Assembly: GCA_963833575.1 (NCBI GenBank)
Contig: CAWHXY010000006.1
Location: forward strand, 160,001-224,000
Length of the DNA stretch: 64,000 nt
Direction of reading: 5' to 3'
Source: Candidatus Bathyarchaeota archaeon
Lineage (GTDB): Archaea; Thermoproteota; Bathyarchaeia; Bathyarchaeales; Bathycorpusculaceae
The notes beneath the pieces were generated by a model, which was given only the letters and a program-made list of their open reading frames with translations, searched no databases and had not been told where the DNA came from. Made by a program: the position numbers and the translations under genes. Every line of letters starts with the position of its first letter. Position 1 is the stretch's first letter. This document shows positions 1 to 8,897 of this stretch, piece after piece.

Positions 1-208
1 TTTGAAGATAACTCGAATGTAACCTCGTAGTGGTTTCAAGAGAATTCACGATTATAACCTTGTACAAATTTTATATGTTAGAAATTTTTTTCTAACCATT
101 TTTGCATGAACTCAATATTTAATAGGTATGATTACCTTAAGTGAGTTGTAATAACTATACCGTTACTTGCGAACATTAAACCATAAGTAACAGGCGGAGT
201 TAAAGCTT

Positions 209-1393
209 GTGTTTTTGGATTCTCTTTTCAATTATATATGGCTAATATGGTTATTCGGTATCCCAATATATTACTCGTTGGCTTATGAGATAATAAGATA
301 CAGAAAAGTGATGGTTAAGAAAACATTTGTTCCTATTAATCCAAAAAGAATGATATTTCAGATAACAACGATAGGCAACATGGAAATTGTGCAGGATTCG
401 GTTGACAACATTAATCGCATTTGTAAAGAAGTTGGATATGAGAATTACAGAATAGATGTAGTTTCGGAAGTGGATGAAAGTTTTGAAGGCGCTGTTACTG
501 TAACTGTCCCTCAAAATTATTCAACCTTCAATCATGCCAAATACAAAGCTAGAGCATTACATTATGCAATAGAACGAAGAGAAGAAAAAGGAGAAAACAC
601 AAGTGACACATGGATATACCACCTTGACGACGAATCAATGATTACCAAGCAAGGGCTTTTGTCAATTCTAGATCATGCAGATAATAATCGAGAGCCAATA
701 GCAGAAGGACTAATTACTTACCCAAATAAAATTAACGTCGGAAGTAAACTGGTCAAGTATCTGGATGCGGTAAGACCAACATTTTGTTACACTTGCTGTG
801 CAATGTTAAAATCACAAGGAAAACCTGAATGGCTACATGGCTCAAACCTGCTTTTAAGAGCAGATATAGAAAAAAACATTGGCTGGGATTTTCCCGAAAC
901 CTGCGCGGAAGACAGCTTGTTTGGTTATGTAGCACACAAAAAATACGGTGGGATCTTTGGTTGGCACGGAGGCGTTCTCGAAGAACAATCACCATTCACA
1001 TTTAGCGACTTTATTAAGCAAAGACAAAGATGGATAAAAGGAACATTTGAAAATTTGAGTAGAATGGGAATATTGGAAAAGATGAAAACAACGTATAGAA
1101 TGGCAAGTTGGTTTCTTGGCTCGGTGAGTTTTTTTACACTAATACCCTCATTATTTATAAAACAGTGGTATCCTTCGTGTCTCGCCCCTTTCTTTGTTTT
1201 AGATACAATCATCCTGTTTGCCGTTTACCAAATAGGATTGGAAATGAACTTTAGTAAAGTGAGCAAGAAGCAAAAGATTTATGATCATATCAAAATTTTT
1301 GTAGTGTCTCCTATACTTTGGTTTCTAGAAGCAATTCCGATGATGTTGTATTTCTTTAAAAAAGCAACAAAGTTTTATGTCATTAAGAAATAG
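209..1393 (+). CDS. Membrane GT2-family glycosyltransferase (egghead/BRE-3-like beta-glycosyltransferase)
   Basis: N-terminal TM; KARAL, YHLDDES (DxD), AEDS and QRQRW (QxxRW) GT2 motifs; C-terminal TM helices. Confidence 0.8.
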   Translation: MFLDSLFNYIWLIWLFGIPIYYSLAYEIIRYRKVMVKKTFVPINPKRMIFQITTIGNMEIVQDSVDNINRICKEVGYENYRIDVVSEVDESFEGAVTVTVPQNYSTFNHAKYKARALHYAIERREEKGENTSDTWIYHLDDESMITKQGLLSILDHADNNREPIAEGLITYPNKINVGSKLVKYLDAVRPTFCYTCCAMLKSQGKPEWLHGSNLLLRADIEKNIGWDFPETCAEDSLFGYVAHKKYGGIFGWHGGVLEEQSPFTFSDFIKQRQRWIKGTFENLSRMGILEKMKTTYRMASWFLGSVSFFTLIPSLFIKQWYPSCLAPFFVLDTIILFAVYQIGLEMNFSKVSKKQKIYDHIKIFVVSPILWFLEAIPMMLYFFKKATKFYVIKK

Positions 1394-1527
1394 GCAGGAA
1401 AGAAAATGATGAGGGTCTGCGTATATCGCGAAAAAATGAAAACAATGGAACCGAGTTTGCAGTAGCAGTTCACAACCTATCGATATTAGTTTATTTTTAA
1501 TACTTAATATTCAATAAAGGCTTAACA

Positions 1528-2529
1528 ATGATTAGAAAAGTAAGCAAAAAAAAGAATATTCAAACTGTTCTAACAATTACATTAATTTCATTGATAATAA
1601 TAACCGCTGTTCTAATGAATTTTTTCTCACAATCAAGTTTTAGATTAAACATCGATGCAATCAGACAAATACCAAAACTATCAGCCCTTCCAATAAGTGT
1701 GATAGGAATCAATGAAACAAATATTTTGAATGAAACTAAACTTGACTATAACTCCTCTTCTGCACAACTTAACAAAAATTCTATTTCTTCAGACACCTCA
1801 AAATTCAACACAAATAATTATGACGGTTATTCTGTTCTTCAGCTAGCTATGATGCAACTCTATTTCTCATCTCCAAACACAAATCAAGGCCCTACAATTT
1901 GGTCAAACACCACTTTTCCAATAAACGTAACAGAATCCATTTCCTTAGAAAACTCCAACTTCACCACATATACTTATGGCGGTTATCCTGTCCTGCAGCC
2001 AAACAAAACCGAGTTCAATTTTTCATTTCCAAATAACACAAATCAAGGGCAATTAGCTGGATCGGATGCCCTTACCTTGAATACTTACGCTGTTCAAAAG
2101 ATAGGCTTTGACGCAACGTTCATAGCACCCAAAACTGGTGCACTTGGATTTGATGAGATGGCAATCTTTGCCACTTCAGACATTATAACCTATAAAGGAG
2201 TGGAATTTGGCATAAGAATGGACTTAAAAGATGGTTTTGTCTACGGATATATCCAAGAGCCAAATGGCAACTATGGAGATATTAGTTTTCAGATGGTGAA
2301 TCTCATGCCTAACGATGGAATAATACATCGTTATACCTTAATTGTGTATAGCTCAGGAGTCTATTTTTTCATTGATGGAATAGACCATGGTCACTTGAAT
2401 TTTCCAAGCAATAATGACTATTCCAATCTTACTTATTCTATTCTTGCAGTTGTTCATAGGTTTACGGATTATTGGGATTCCAACGGTGATATTATGATAG
2501 CAGGAAACTTTTCCCTTAATCAACAGTAA
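1528..2529 (+). CDS. Membrane-anchored secreted Asn/Ser/Thr-rich protein, possibly with a ConA-like beta-sandwich C-terminal domain
   Basis: Basic N-terminus then one TM; many N-x-S/T sequons; C-terminal beta-rich pattern (HRYTLIV..VYFFIDG); internal duplication. Confidence 0.55.
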   Translation: MIRKVSKKKNIQTVLTITLISLIIITAVLMNFFSQSSFRLNIDAIRQIPKLSALPISVIGINETNILNETKLDYNSSSAQLNKNSISSDTSKFNTNNYDGYSVLQLAMMQLYFSSPNTNQGPTIWSNTTFPINVTESISLENSNFTTYTYGGYPVLQPNKTEFNFSFPNNTNQGQLAGSDALTLNTYAVQKIGFDATFIAPKTGALGFDEMAIFATSDIITYKGVEFGIRMDLKDGFVYGYIQEPNGNYGDISFQMVNLMPNDGIIHRYTLIVYSSGVYFFIDGIDHGHLNFPSNNDYSNLTYSILAVVHRFTDYWDSNGDIMIAGNFSLNQQ

Positions 2530-2565
2530 GAAAGACCCCGACGTTAGATGTACCCTAAAAAAATT

Positions 2566-3837
2566 TTAGGGTAATTGCTCACTGTTTGAATTTTTCTTGA
2601 TAGGTAACATTTCAAAAACCAATTTCCAAGCGAAAACCTGCCATGCAGCCACAACAATAAACCTACCGATGAGTCTCCAAATTCGGATATGCTGATCGAG
2701 TTGCACTAAAGATGATATTATTGAGGGAGAAACAAGGAAAAACAATTGAGGGAACGATGTATTGAAGAAAGGAAAAACAAGAGGAATCATCGATAGAAAC
2801 ATGAAGTTGCGGAAATTCAACTTTTTGAATGATAACGCAATGACCGCGAGAGGTAATATCACATTTATGTTGGGTTCCGAGATCCATGAACGTGTTAGAA
2901 AGAAAACAAGGAGTAAGCCAACCGCTGCTTGCGCCGTCTCAACCAAGGATTTTGGCGGATTACGATAAATAAAGTAGTAGGCAATCAGCAACGCGGGAAT
3001 CCATAGATAACCCAAGAATTGGAGATTTGAAGGAAAGGTTGTCTTATTCCAAAGTAGTTCCACGAAACTAAAGATAGTCATACCCCCCGCCATTTTGAAA
3101 TAGGAGCTCACCTGGAAACCTGACGATGGCACCATCCAATGCAATAAGTAAAAAGGCACAAACCACAATGCTAACAAGACTAGAAAAGCAACAAACAGGT
3201 AAAGGGCGATTTTTTTGGCTTTTCTGGTCTGGTAGCAGACAAGTGGTAGACCAATTAGTGGAATAGAGATAGGTTTTAGGACTAAACTGATCGCTAGCAG
3301 TAATGAAGATTTTCCAACATTGCATTTGCTTAGAAAATAAATTGAAGCTACGCATAGTAGGGCGATTAGTGTGTCAAACTCTCCCCATGCCGTAGTCGTC
3401 AGTAGCGTAAAGGGATTGAATAGCAGAAAAAGCCATGCAGCTTTTGCCTTCTTTTCGGAGGCGCCTACCTGAAGCATTACAGTTTTGGTCACGTAGGCTA
3501 AGGCTATGTTGCTAGCGATTACTGGAATTTTTATGGCAAAGTTGTAGAGGAAAAGGTTTGGTATAATGTTGAATGTTAACCGGTAAATTAAACCCAAAAG
3601 CAAGGGCCATAGCGGAGGGTACCCTATGATGGGATTGATTCCTGTTAGGTCAGGGTTTGAAGAGAAGATCGTGATTAAATGCGGTTGATATGGATTCAAG
3701 CCTGCACTAACTAGATACCCGGTGTCGATGAATGATCTTTCATCGTAGTAATGCCCAAGAAAAATGGCTAAAGGCACCTGAACTGCAATGCTTATGATTA
3801 CTATTAGAATTTCTCGGTTAACGCGGGGTTTGAGCAT
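2566..3837 (-). CDS. GT-C fold polytopic glycosyltransferase (GT87/PIG-M-like)
   Basis: About 10 TM helices; HYYDE, GLNPY, GYPPLW, LLFNPF, WGEFD and LKP motifs; start placed at MLKPRV (ATG 3837). Confidence 0.7.
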   Translation of the reverse strand: MLKPRVNREILIVIISIAVQVPLAIFLGHYYDERSFIDTGYLVSAGLNPYQPHLITIFSSNPDLTGINPIIGYPPLWPLLLGLIYRLTFNIIPNLFLYNFAIKIPVIASNIALAYVTKTVMLQVGASEKKAKAAWLFLLFNPFTLLTTTAWGEFDTLIALLCVASIYFLSKCNVGKSSLLLAISLVLKPISIPLIGLPLVCYQTRKAKKIALYLFVAFLVLLALWFVPFYLLHWMVPSSGFQVSSYFKMAGGMTIFSFVELLWNKTTFPSNLQFLGYLWIPALLIAYYFIYRNPPKSLVETAQAAVGLLLVFFLTRSWISEPNINVILPLAVIALSFKKLNFRNFMFLSMIPLVFPFFNTSFPQLFFLVSPSIISSLVQLDQHIRIWRLIGRFIVVAAWQVFAWKLVFEMLPIKKNSNSEQLP

Positions 3838-4004
3838 AAAATTTTCCAAAAGCTTTTGATAACCAGGGATTAAATAGAGTTTAATCAAGCAAGCATATTT
3901 AAAATGCTCGAATGACAAAAATATGGACCTTTCAGTGCATACTTTGGTTTTTAGTTCAGAAATAGTCTTAAAGTTGTCTTTGTGATAGTATTTGCGAAGT
4001 TTGT

Positions 4005-5195
4005 ATGCCTACTAATTTGCCGCCTGAAGCAATGGATAAATGGGAGCTAGTTGAAGCTGCCCATACGCCTAAAGAAAAAATGGATGCCATGATTGAGTTC
4101 CTAAAGTATGTTCCACATCACAAAGGCACCATGAAACTTCGCGGCGAAATGAACAGGAAAATTGCGATGATCCGCGATGACTTGGAGAATAAGAAGCGGA
4201 AGGGCACGGGCAAGAGCAGCGGGGGACCCAAACTTTTCATTGAAAAAGGCGCTTCAGCTCAGGTAGCGTTGATCGGCATGACTAACGTGGGCAAAAGCTG
4301 CCTTATGTGCGCCACTACAAACTCAAAAGTGGCTGTAACCCCTACGCCGTTTAGCACCCATGAACCAGTACCGGGCATCATGAATTATTTGGATGTACAA
4401 TTTCAGATTGTAGAGGCACCCGCCGTAATGGAGGGCGCGGCGGAAGGGAAGGCAGGTGGGAACGTTACGCTTGGGTTAGCGCGGAATGCTGACGGCGTAA
4501 TTTTAATGCTGGATTTGTCCCGCGACCCCGTGGCTCAATTGGAGTTGATCTTGGGGGAGCTTGAAAAGACCCGTGTTTTGGTAAGTAAGCCCTGTGGGGG
4601 GCGTGTGGAAATCGAGCGCCGCCCTGCCGGTAATCGACTTAGAGTTATCATTGTGGGCAGACTCATCGACTGCAGTATGCGAGAAATCGAGGAACTTTTG
4701 AGAAGCTACAAAATCAACGACGCCATCGTACGCATAAACGGCGCCGTAACCCTAAACGACGTAGAAGATGCCATATACGAAAACACCATCTACAAACCAG
4801 CCGTAATCGTCGCTAACAAACTTGACCTGCCAGGCACAACGACGAACCTACGTCGTCTGAGGCAGCATGTCAACGGCAAACTACCCATCGTTCCCATGTC
4901 ATGCGAACGCAAACTTGGCATGCAAGAGCTGGGAAAAGCCATCTTTGAATCCCTCGGAATCATCAGAATCTACACTAAAGAGCCAGGCATGAGAGCACAC
5001 AGTGACCACCCATTCGCCCTCCGAAAAGGCGCCACAGTCAACGAACTTGCAAAAAACATCCACAAAGAACTTTTGATGAATTTCATGTTTGCCATGGTTT
5101 GGGCGAAACGATTGCCTTTCAGCCCAAAAAAAGTCGGGATGAACTTTATTTTAGATGATGGAGACATCGTCGAGATTCATGCCAGAATAGCCTAA
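4005..5195 (+). CDS. DRG/OBG-family GTPase with C-terminal TGS domain
   Basis: MPTNLPPEA N-terminus, HKGT, G1 GMTNVGKS, G4 ANKLD, TGS IRIYTKEPG...DGDIVEIH. Confidence 0.9.
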   Translation: MPTNLPPEAMDKWELVEAAHTPKEKMDAMIEFLKYVPHHKGTMKLRGEMNRKIAMIRDDLENKKRKGTGKSSGGPKLFIEKGASAQVALIGMTNVGKSCLMCATTNSKVAVTPTPFSTHEPVPGIMNYLDVQFQIVEAPAVMEGAAEGKAGGNVTLGLARNADGVILMLDLSRDPVAQLELILGELEKTRVLVSKPCGGRVEIERRPAGNRLRVIIVGRLIDCSMREIEELLRSYKINDAIVRINGAVTLNDVEDAIYENTIYKPAVIVANKLDLPGTTTNLRRLRQHVNGKLPIVPMSCERKLGMQELGKAIFESLGIIRIYTKEPGMRAHSDHPFALRKGATVNELAKNIHKELLMNFMFAMVWAKRLPFSPKKVGMNFILDDGDIVEIHARIA

Positions 5196-5262
5196 AATAA
5201 ATAGCAAACTAAAAATTTAGAAAAATAAAAAAATTTAAAATGAAAAGAAATTGTTGGGCAGT

Positions 5263-5850
5263 TTATCTGCTGGATTGGGCAACGCGTTCAATTTCGTTGC
5301 GTTTAGCTATTGCAACACTTTTTATGTCTTTGTTTGCTGCTAGCACGAGTTCATCGGCGAGGGTTTCTTGAATGCTGCGTGGGTTATTTTTGCTTGAGGC
5401 TCTGGCGCCTTCAGTTATGTGGCGTATGGCTAGGTCTATTCTGCGTTGTGGTGCAACGTCGACGGATAAGTGATAGACAACTCCACCGTAGCTGACTCTT
5501 GTGGTGTCTTCGCATGGAGAAGCATTTTCAACTGCTTTAACGAGTACTTCAATCGGGTTTTTGCCTGTGCGTAAGTTGATTATTTCGAATGTTTCCTTGA
5601 CAATGTTTGTTGCTTTGGCTTTTTTACCTGAGTTTTTGCCTGATCGCATTAGGCCGTTGATTAAGCGTTCGACTATGTTGACTTTGGCTTTTCGGAAGCG
5701 TTGGTGTTCGTGACGTCCCATACTGTGGGGTGCGACCATCGGGGTGAGGTTTAAGTAGCGTTGTAAACCGATGTCTACGACTACTATATCTTTGAAGGTC
5801 CATTTTTGGAAAAGTTTGATTTCTTGAGGTTGGGCTATTGTTTGTGACAT
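5263..5850 (-). CDS. rps7: 30S ribosomal protein uS7
   Basis: PHSMGRH..RF.KAKVNIVERL, NPIEVLVKAVEN, VDVAPQRRIDLA, ERVAQSSR. Confidence 0.97.
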   Translation of the reverse strand: MSQTIAQPQEIKLFQKWTFKDIVVVDIGLQRYLNLTPMVAPHSMGRHEHQRFRKAKVNIVERLINGLMRSGKNSGKKAKATNIVKETFEIINLRTGKNPIEVLVKAVENASPCEDTTRVSYGGVVYHLSVDVAPQRRIDLAIRHITEGARASSKNNPRSIQETLADELVLAANKDIKSVAIAKRNEIERVAQSSR

Positions 5851-5855
5851 ATTAA

Positions 5856-6296
5856 TTACCTTGCTGGTTTCTGTTTCCGTCCGTAAACAAGTTCGTTTAG
5901 GCTTACGCCATTAACCATAACAACTTTCCATCTGACGCCAGGAATGTCTCCCATAGCGCCGCCTCTGGTGCCGCCGATTCCTTCAACAACAACTTCGTCG
6001 TGTTCGTCAACCACGTTTAATGCGCCGTCTCCAGGTAGGAACGCGGTGATGGTTCTTCCGTTTTTGATAAGTTGTGTGCGGACACATTTGCGGATGGCGC
6101 TGTTGGGCTGTTTTGATTCAACGCCTACTTTTTCTAGAACGATACCCCGAGACTGGGGTGCACCCTGCATAGGGTCTACTTTTTCGTCTAGCATAAGCAT
6201 GCGCCTGTTAAAGTAACGATCGTGCCAACGGAAATTCTTCCGTTTCTTTGCTAGTTGCCTTGCGGCAAATTCGCCTCTTGGTGACTTGGAACCCAT
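5856..6296 (-). CDS. rps12: 30S ribosomal protein uS12
   Basis: [33 protein letters not shown]; start at [11 protein letters not shown]. Confidence 0.97.
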   Translation of the reverse strand: MGSKSPRGEFAARQLAKKRKNFRWHDRYFNRRMLMLDEKVDPMQGAPQSRGIVLEKVGVESKQPNSAIRKCVRTQLIKNGRTITAFLPGDGALNVVDEHDEVVVEGIGGTRGGAMGDIPGVRWKVVMVNGVSLNELVYGRKQKPAR

Positions 6297-6705
6297 ACTT
6301 AAGATATTCCTTCTTTTGCACATCCATAGTCCAAACACTAATATTTAAACAAAACGAAACAAATCCGCCAAGTGAAGTAATAATTTGCTTTGTGATAAAT
6401 ATTGGAAAACCTACAACGTTCGCATACAAATATAATGGCAATTGTAGAAGAGATCGTTAGAACACACCCAAAGGAAATCATAAGTTTTGCAGTCACTCAA
6501 ATAGCTGTCAAATTTTTAGGGAATAAATTTGAATCTAATTGTAATGAAGTACATTGGGAACAAAAGTTTGATTTGTCGCTTTCCTTTTTGTGTTAGACCA
6601 TGCATTTTTCTTGCAGCGATATGATAAAGCAATTCAGCGGTCTGGTTTTGCAGTAAACCAAAAGTTATTACTACAAGATAAAAAATAGTAGATTGGTGAT
6701 TTAAA

Positions 6706-7131
6706 ATGGATTTTGATGAATATATAAAGTTTGCAAATGAAAACCCAATAGGATTCTTGGCAACAGTAGACGGTGAGCAACCACGAGTCAGAGGATTCCA
6801 ACTGTGGTATGCTGACAAGTCAGGACTATACTACAGCTCCGCCGCCAACAAAGACATCTGTAAACAGTTAAAAGGTAACCCGAAAGTTGAAGTATGTTTC
6901 TTTAACCCTAAAAGCAAAGAAATGCAGCAAATGAGGGTAACAGGCGCAGTTGAATTCATTAATGACATAGAAATGAAAAAGAAACTTCTTGACGCCAGAC
7001 CCTTCCTAAAGCAGGCAGGCCTAACACCAGAAAACCCAGGGCTAATACTCTTTAAAATCGTCAAATGTACAGCTCACTTCTGGACGTTTGCAACGAATAA
7101 TCAACCGAAAAAATTTGTTAGCTTCGTATAG
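6706..7131 (+). CDS. Pyridoxamine 5'-phosphate oxidase-like (FMN-binding split barrel) protein
   Basis: FLATVDGEQPRVR, KQLKGNPKVEVCF, QMRVTG.VEF. Confidence 0.85.
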   Translation: MDFDEYIKFANENPIGFLATVDGEQPRVRGFQLWYADKSGLYYSSAANKDICKQLKGNPKVEVCFFNPKSKEMQQMRVTGAVEFINDIEMKKKLLDARPFLKQAGLTPENPGLILFKIVKCTAHFWTFATNNQPKKFVSFV

Positions 7132-7371
7132 AAGCTATAACTATTCTTTTTCAATTTTTCGCCTATGATCGTCTTTCCGTAGGCGACGGCGACTCAGCTG
7201 GATAGCCTATCGGAAAAAAGTTACAATCTTGTGTGCTGTTCATTAAAAACTTATTTAGAAAATGACAATCATTGCAACCAATCTTTGAAAAAAAGCACTA
7301 TCAAAAATCTGTCAAAGGAAAAGCTTTTAGATTATGGAAGTGGATATCAAATCAACAAAAAGGCGATTTGA

Positions 7372-7473
7372 ATGGAAAAGAAATGCCCAGTTTGTAAAAA
7401 GAAGTATACTACGTTTGATGCTAAGTCAAAATATTGTAGCGATGCTTGCGCTAAAAAGGCTGGCAAAAGGTAA
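7372..7473 (+). CDS. 33-aa zinc-finger microprotein (below the ORF-track cutoff)
   Basis: Hand translation MEKKCPVCKKKYTTFDAKSKYCSDACAKKAGKR*; CPxC...YCSxxC; AGGCGA upstream. Confidence 0.65.
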   Translation: MEKKCPVCKKKYTTFDAKSKYCSDACAKKAGKR

Positions 7474-7647
7474 GCGCTTAGCTATACGGAAGCCAATCCA
7501 TTTCTGGAAGACATTTCCAAATGCATCGGTTAAGATAAAAGTCATTATCTTTTTTATTTTGGCCATGAGCTTTCGGAAAAAATGAATCTAAACTTTGCCT
7601 ATTCGCGGCATAAATAAATATACTAATCTTGACTGTATTATCATAGA

Positions 7648-8475
7648 ATGCAAGCTTTTAGACGGCACAAAAAAATAGTTGTAGTCGCTGCATTTTTAGC
7701 AGCAATAATAATTGTGTCAGCTTTCATTATTCACAACAATTCTAAACCTTCCTCACCAACCTCTTCACCTTCACCTACGCCAACACCAACGCAAATACCT
7801 ACACAACCCCCAAAAACATCGCCTACACCAACGACTTCACCTATTACTGCAACACCAACCCTTCAAGGCTTCATACCGCCTCCGGTTTTGACCCCACTTC
7901 CTACCGTTAACCCTACTCGTTATCCGGGAGAAATCACTCAATATCAAGGCATAGATTTGTCGCCAATAAACGCTGTCTACCAAAATGCAATTGTTGGAAC
8001 ACAAAACATAGACCAGACAACTTACCGCCTAACAGTCACTGGTTTAGTCAACAAGACGATGGACTACACGTACGATCAAGTTGTTAACAATCATCAAACG
8101 TACCCTAAAGTAGTGACGATTGTCTGCGTCGAAGGTTGGAGCGCTACTCTGCTCTGGGAAGGCATAAGCGTAAACGATCTTCTCAAGGAAGCAGGCATTA
8201 GCCCGCAGGCAACAGTCATTATCTTTCATGCCTCCGACGGATATACAACCGCCCTTCCAATGGATTACATTGTTCAAAACAAAATAATCATAGCATACAG
8301 GGTAAACAACGTAACGTTGACTCCTACGATAGGATGGCCATTCATGCTTGTGTGCCAAAACGAATATGGATATAAGTGGATAAAATGGATAACAGAAATT
8401 GAAGCATCAAATGACACAAACTATCTTGGATTTTGGGAAAGCCGAGGTTACCCTAATAATGCTACAATACGTTGA
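7648..8475 (+). CDS. Molybdopterin-dependent oxidoreductase (sulfite oxidase/MsrP-like) with signal anchor and Pro/Thr linker
   Basis: YRLTVTGLV, CVEGWS (Mo-ligand Cys), DGYTT, GWPF, YGYKWIKWI, GFWE.RGY. Confidence 0.85.
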   Translation: MQAFRRHKKIVVVAAFLAAIIIVSAFIIHNNSKPSSPTSSPSPTPTPTQIPTQPPKTSPTPTTSPITATPTLQGFIPPPVLTPLPTVNPTRYPGEITQYQGIDLSPINAVYQNAIVGTQNIDQTTYRLTVTGLVNKTMDYTYDQVVNNHQTYPKVVTIVCVEGWSATLLWEGISVNDLLKEAGISPQATVIIFHASDGYTTALPMDYIVQNKIIIAYRVNNVTLTPTIGWPFMLVCQNEYGYKWIKWITEIEASNDTNYLGFWESRGYPNNATIR

Positions 8476-8653
8476 GAATCGAATATCAACATGTCCAAAC
8501 TTTAGCTTAAAGAGCCAAATTAAATTAGACCAAGCAGTTATGCGGTAAATTGATAAATATTTTTCTTAAACATGACAGTTTTGAAAATTTTATTTTGATG
8601 TAGCTACGCAAGTTAAAAATAATTGTGGTGGCATAGTATTATTGTGGGAATTT

Positions 8654-8827
8654 ATGATGGATGAATATGTGAAGGGACCTGAACCCGACAGGTGGCATTG
8701 GATGAAAAACTGCAAGCAGTATCCCTGGGTCGCGATTCAAAGACGCACAAAAAGACCCACTTCTGACCTCTGCGACGAGTGCAGTGACTTAGAAACAATT
8801 GAACTACGAAAAATAACAGCGGCATAA
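8654..8827 (+). CDS. Small putative metal-binding protein (H-x4-C...CxxC)
   Basis: WHWMKNC...LCDEC pattern in a 57-aa ORF in otherwise intergenic space. Confidence 0.5.
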   Translation: MMDEYVKGPEPDRWHWMKNCKQYPWVAIQRRTKRPTSDLCDECSDLETIELRKITAA

Positions 8828-8897
8828 ATGAATGGATCCCTAAAATCTAAATTTAACGATGTAATGTAGCTTATGCTGTATACCAGATCGCCCGCAT

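Noticed and set aside
1406-1455. ATGATGA box C-like motif after the GT2 gene
   Set aside because: No properly spaced CTGA box D and no recognisable rRNA-complementary guide
7159-7186. Hairpin TCGCCTATG/CGTAGGCGA
   Set aside because: A single stem just after a stop codon and T-tract; most simply a 3'-end structure
7334-7585. 83-aa plus-strand ORF
   Set aside because: It has no recognisable features; the nested zinc-finger frame 7372..7473 is more credible
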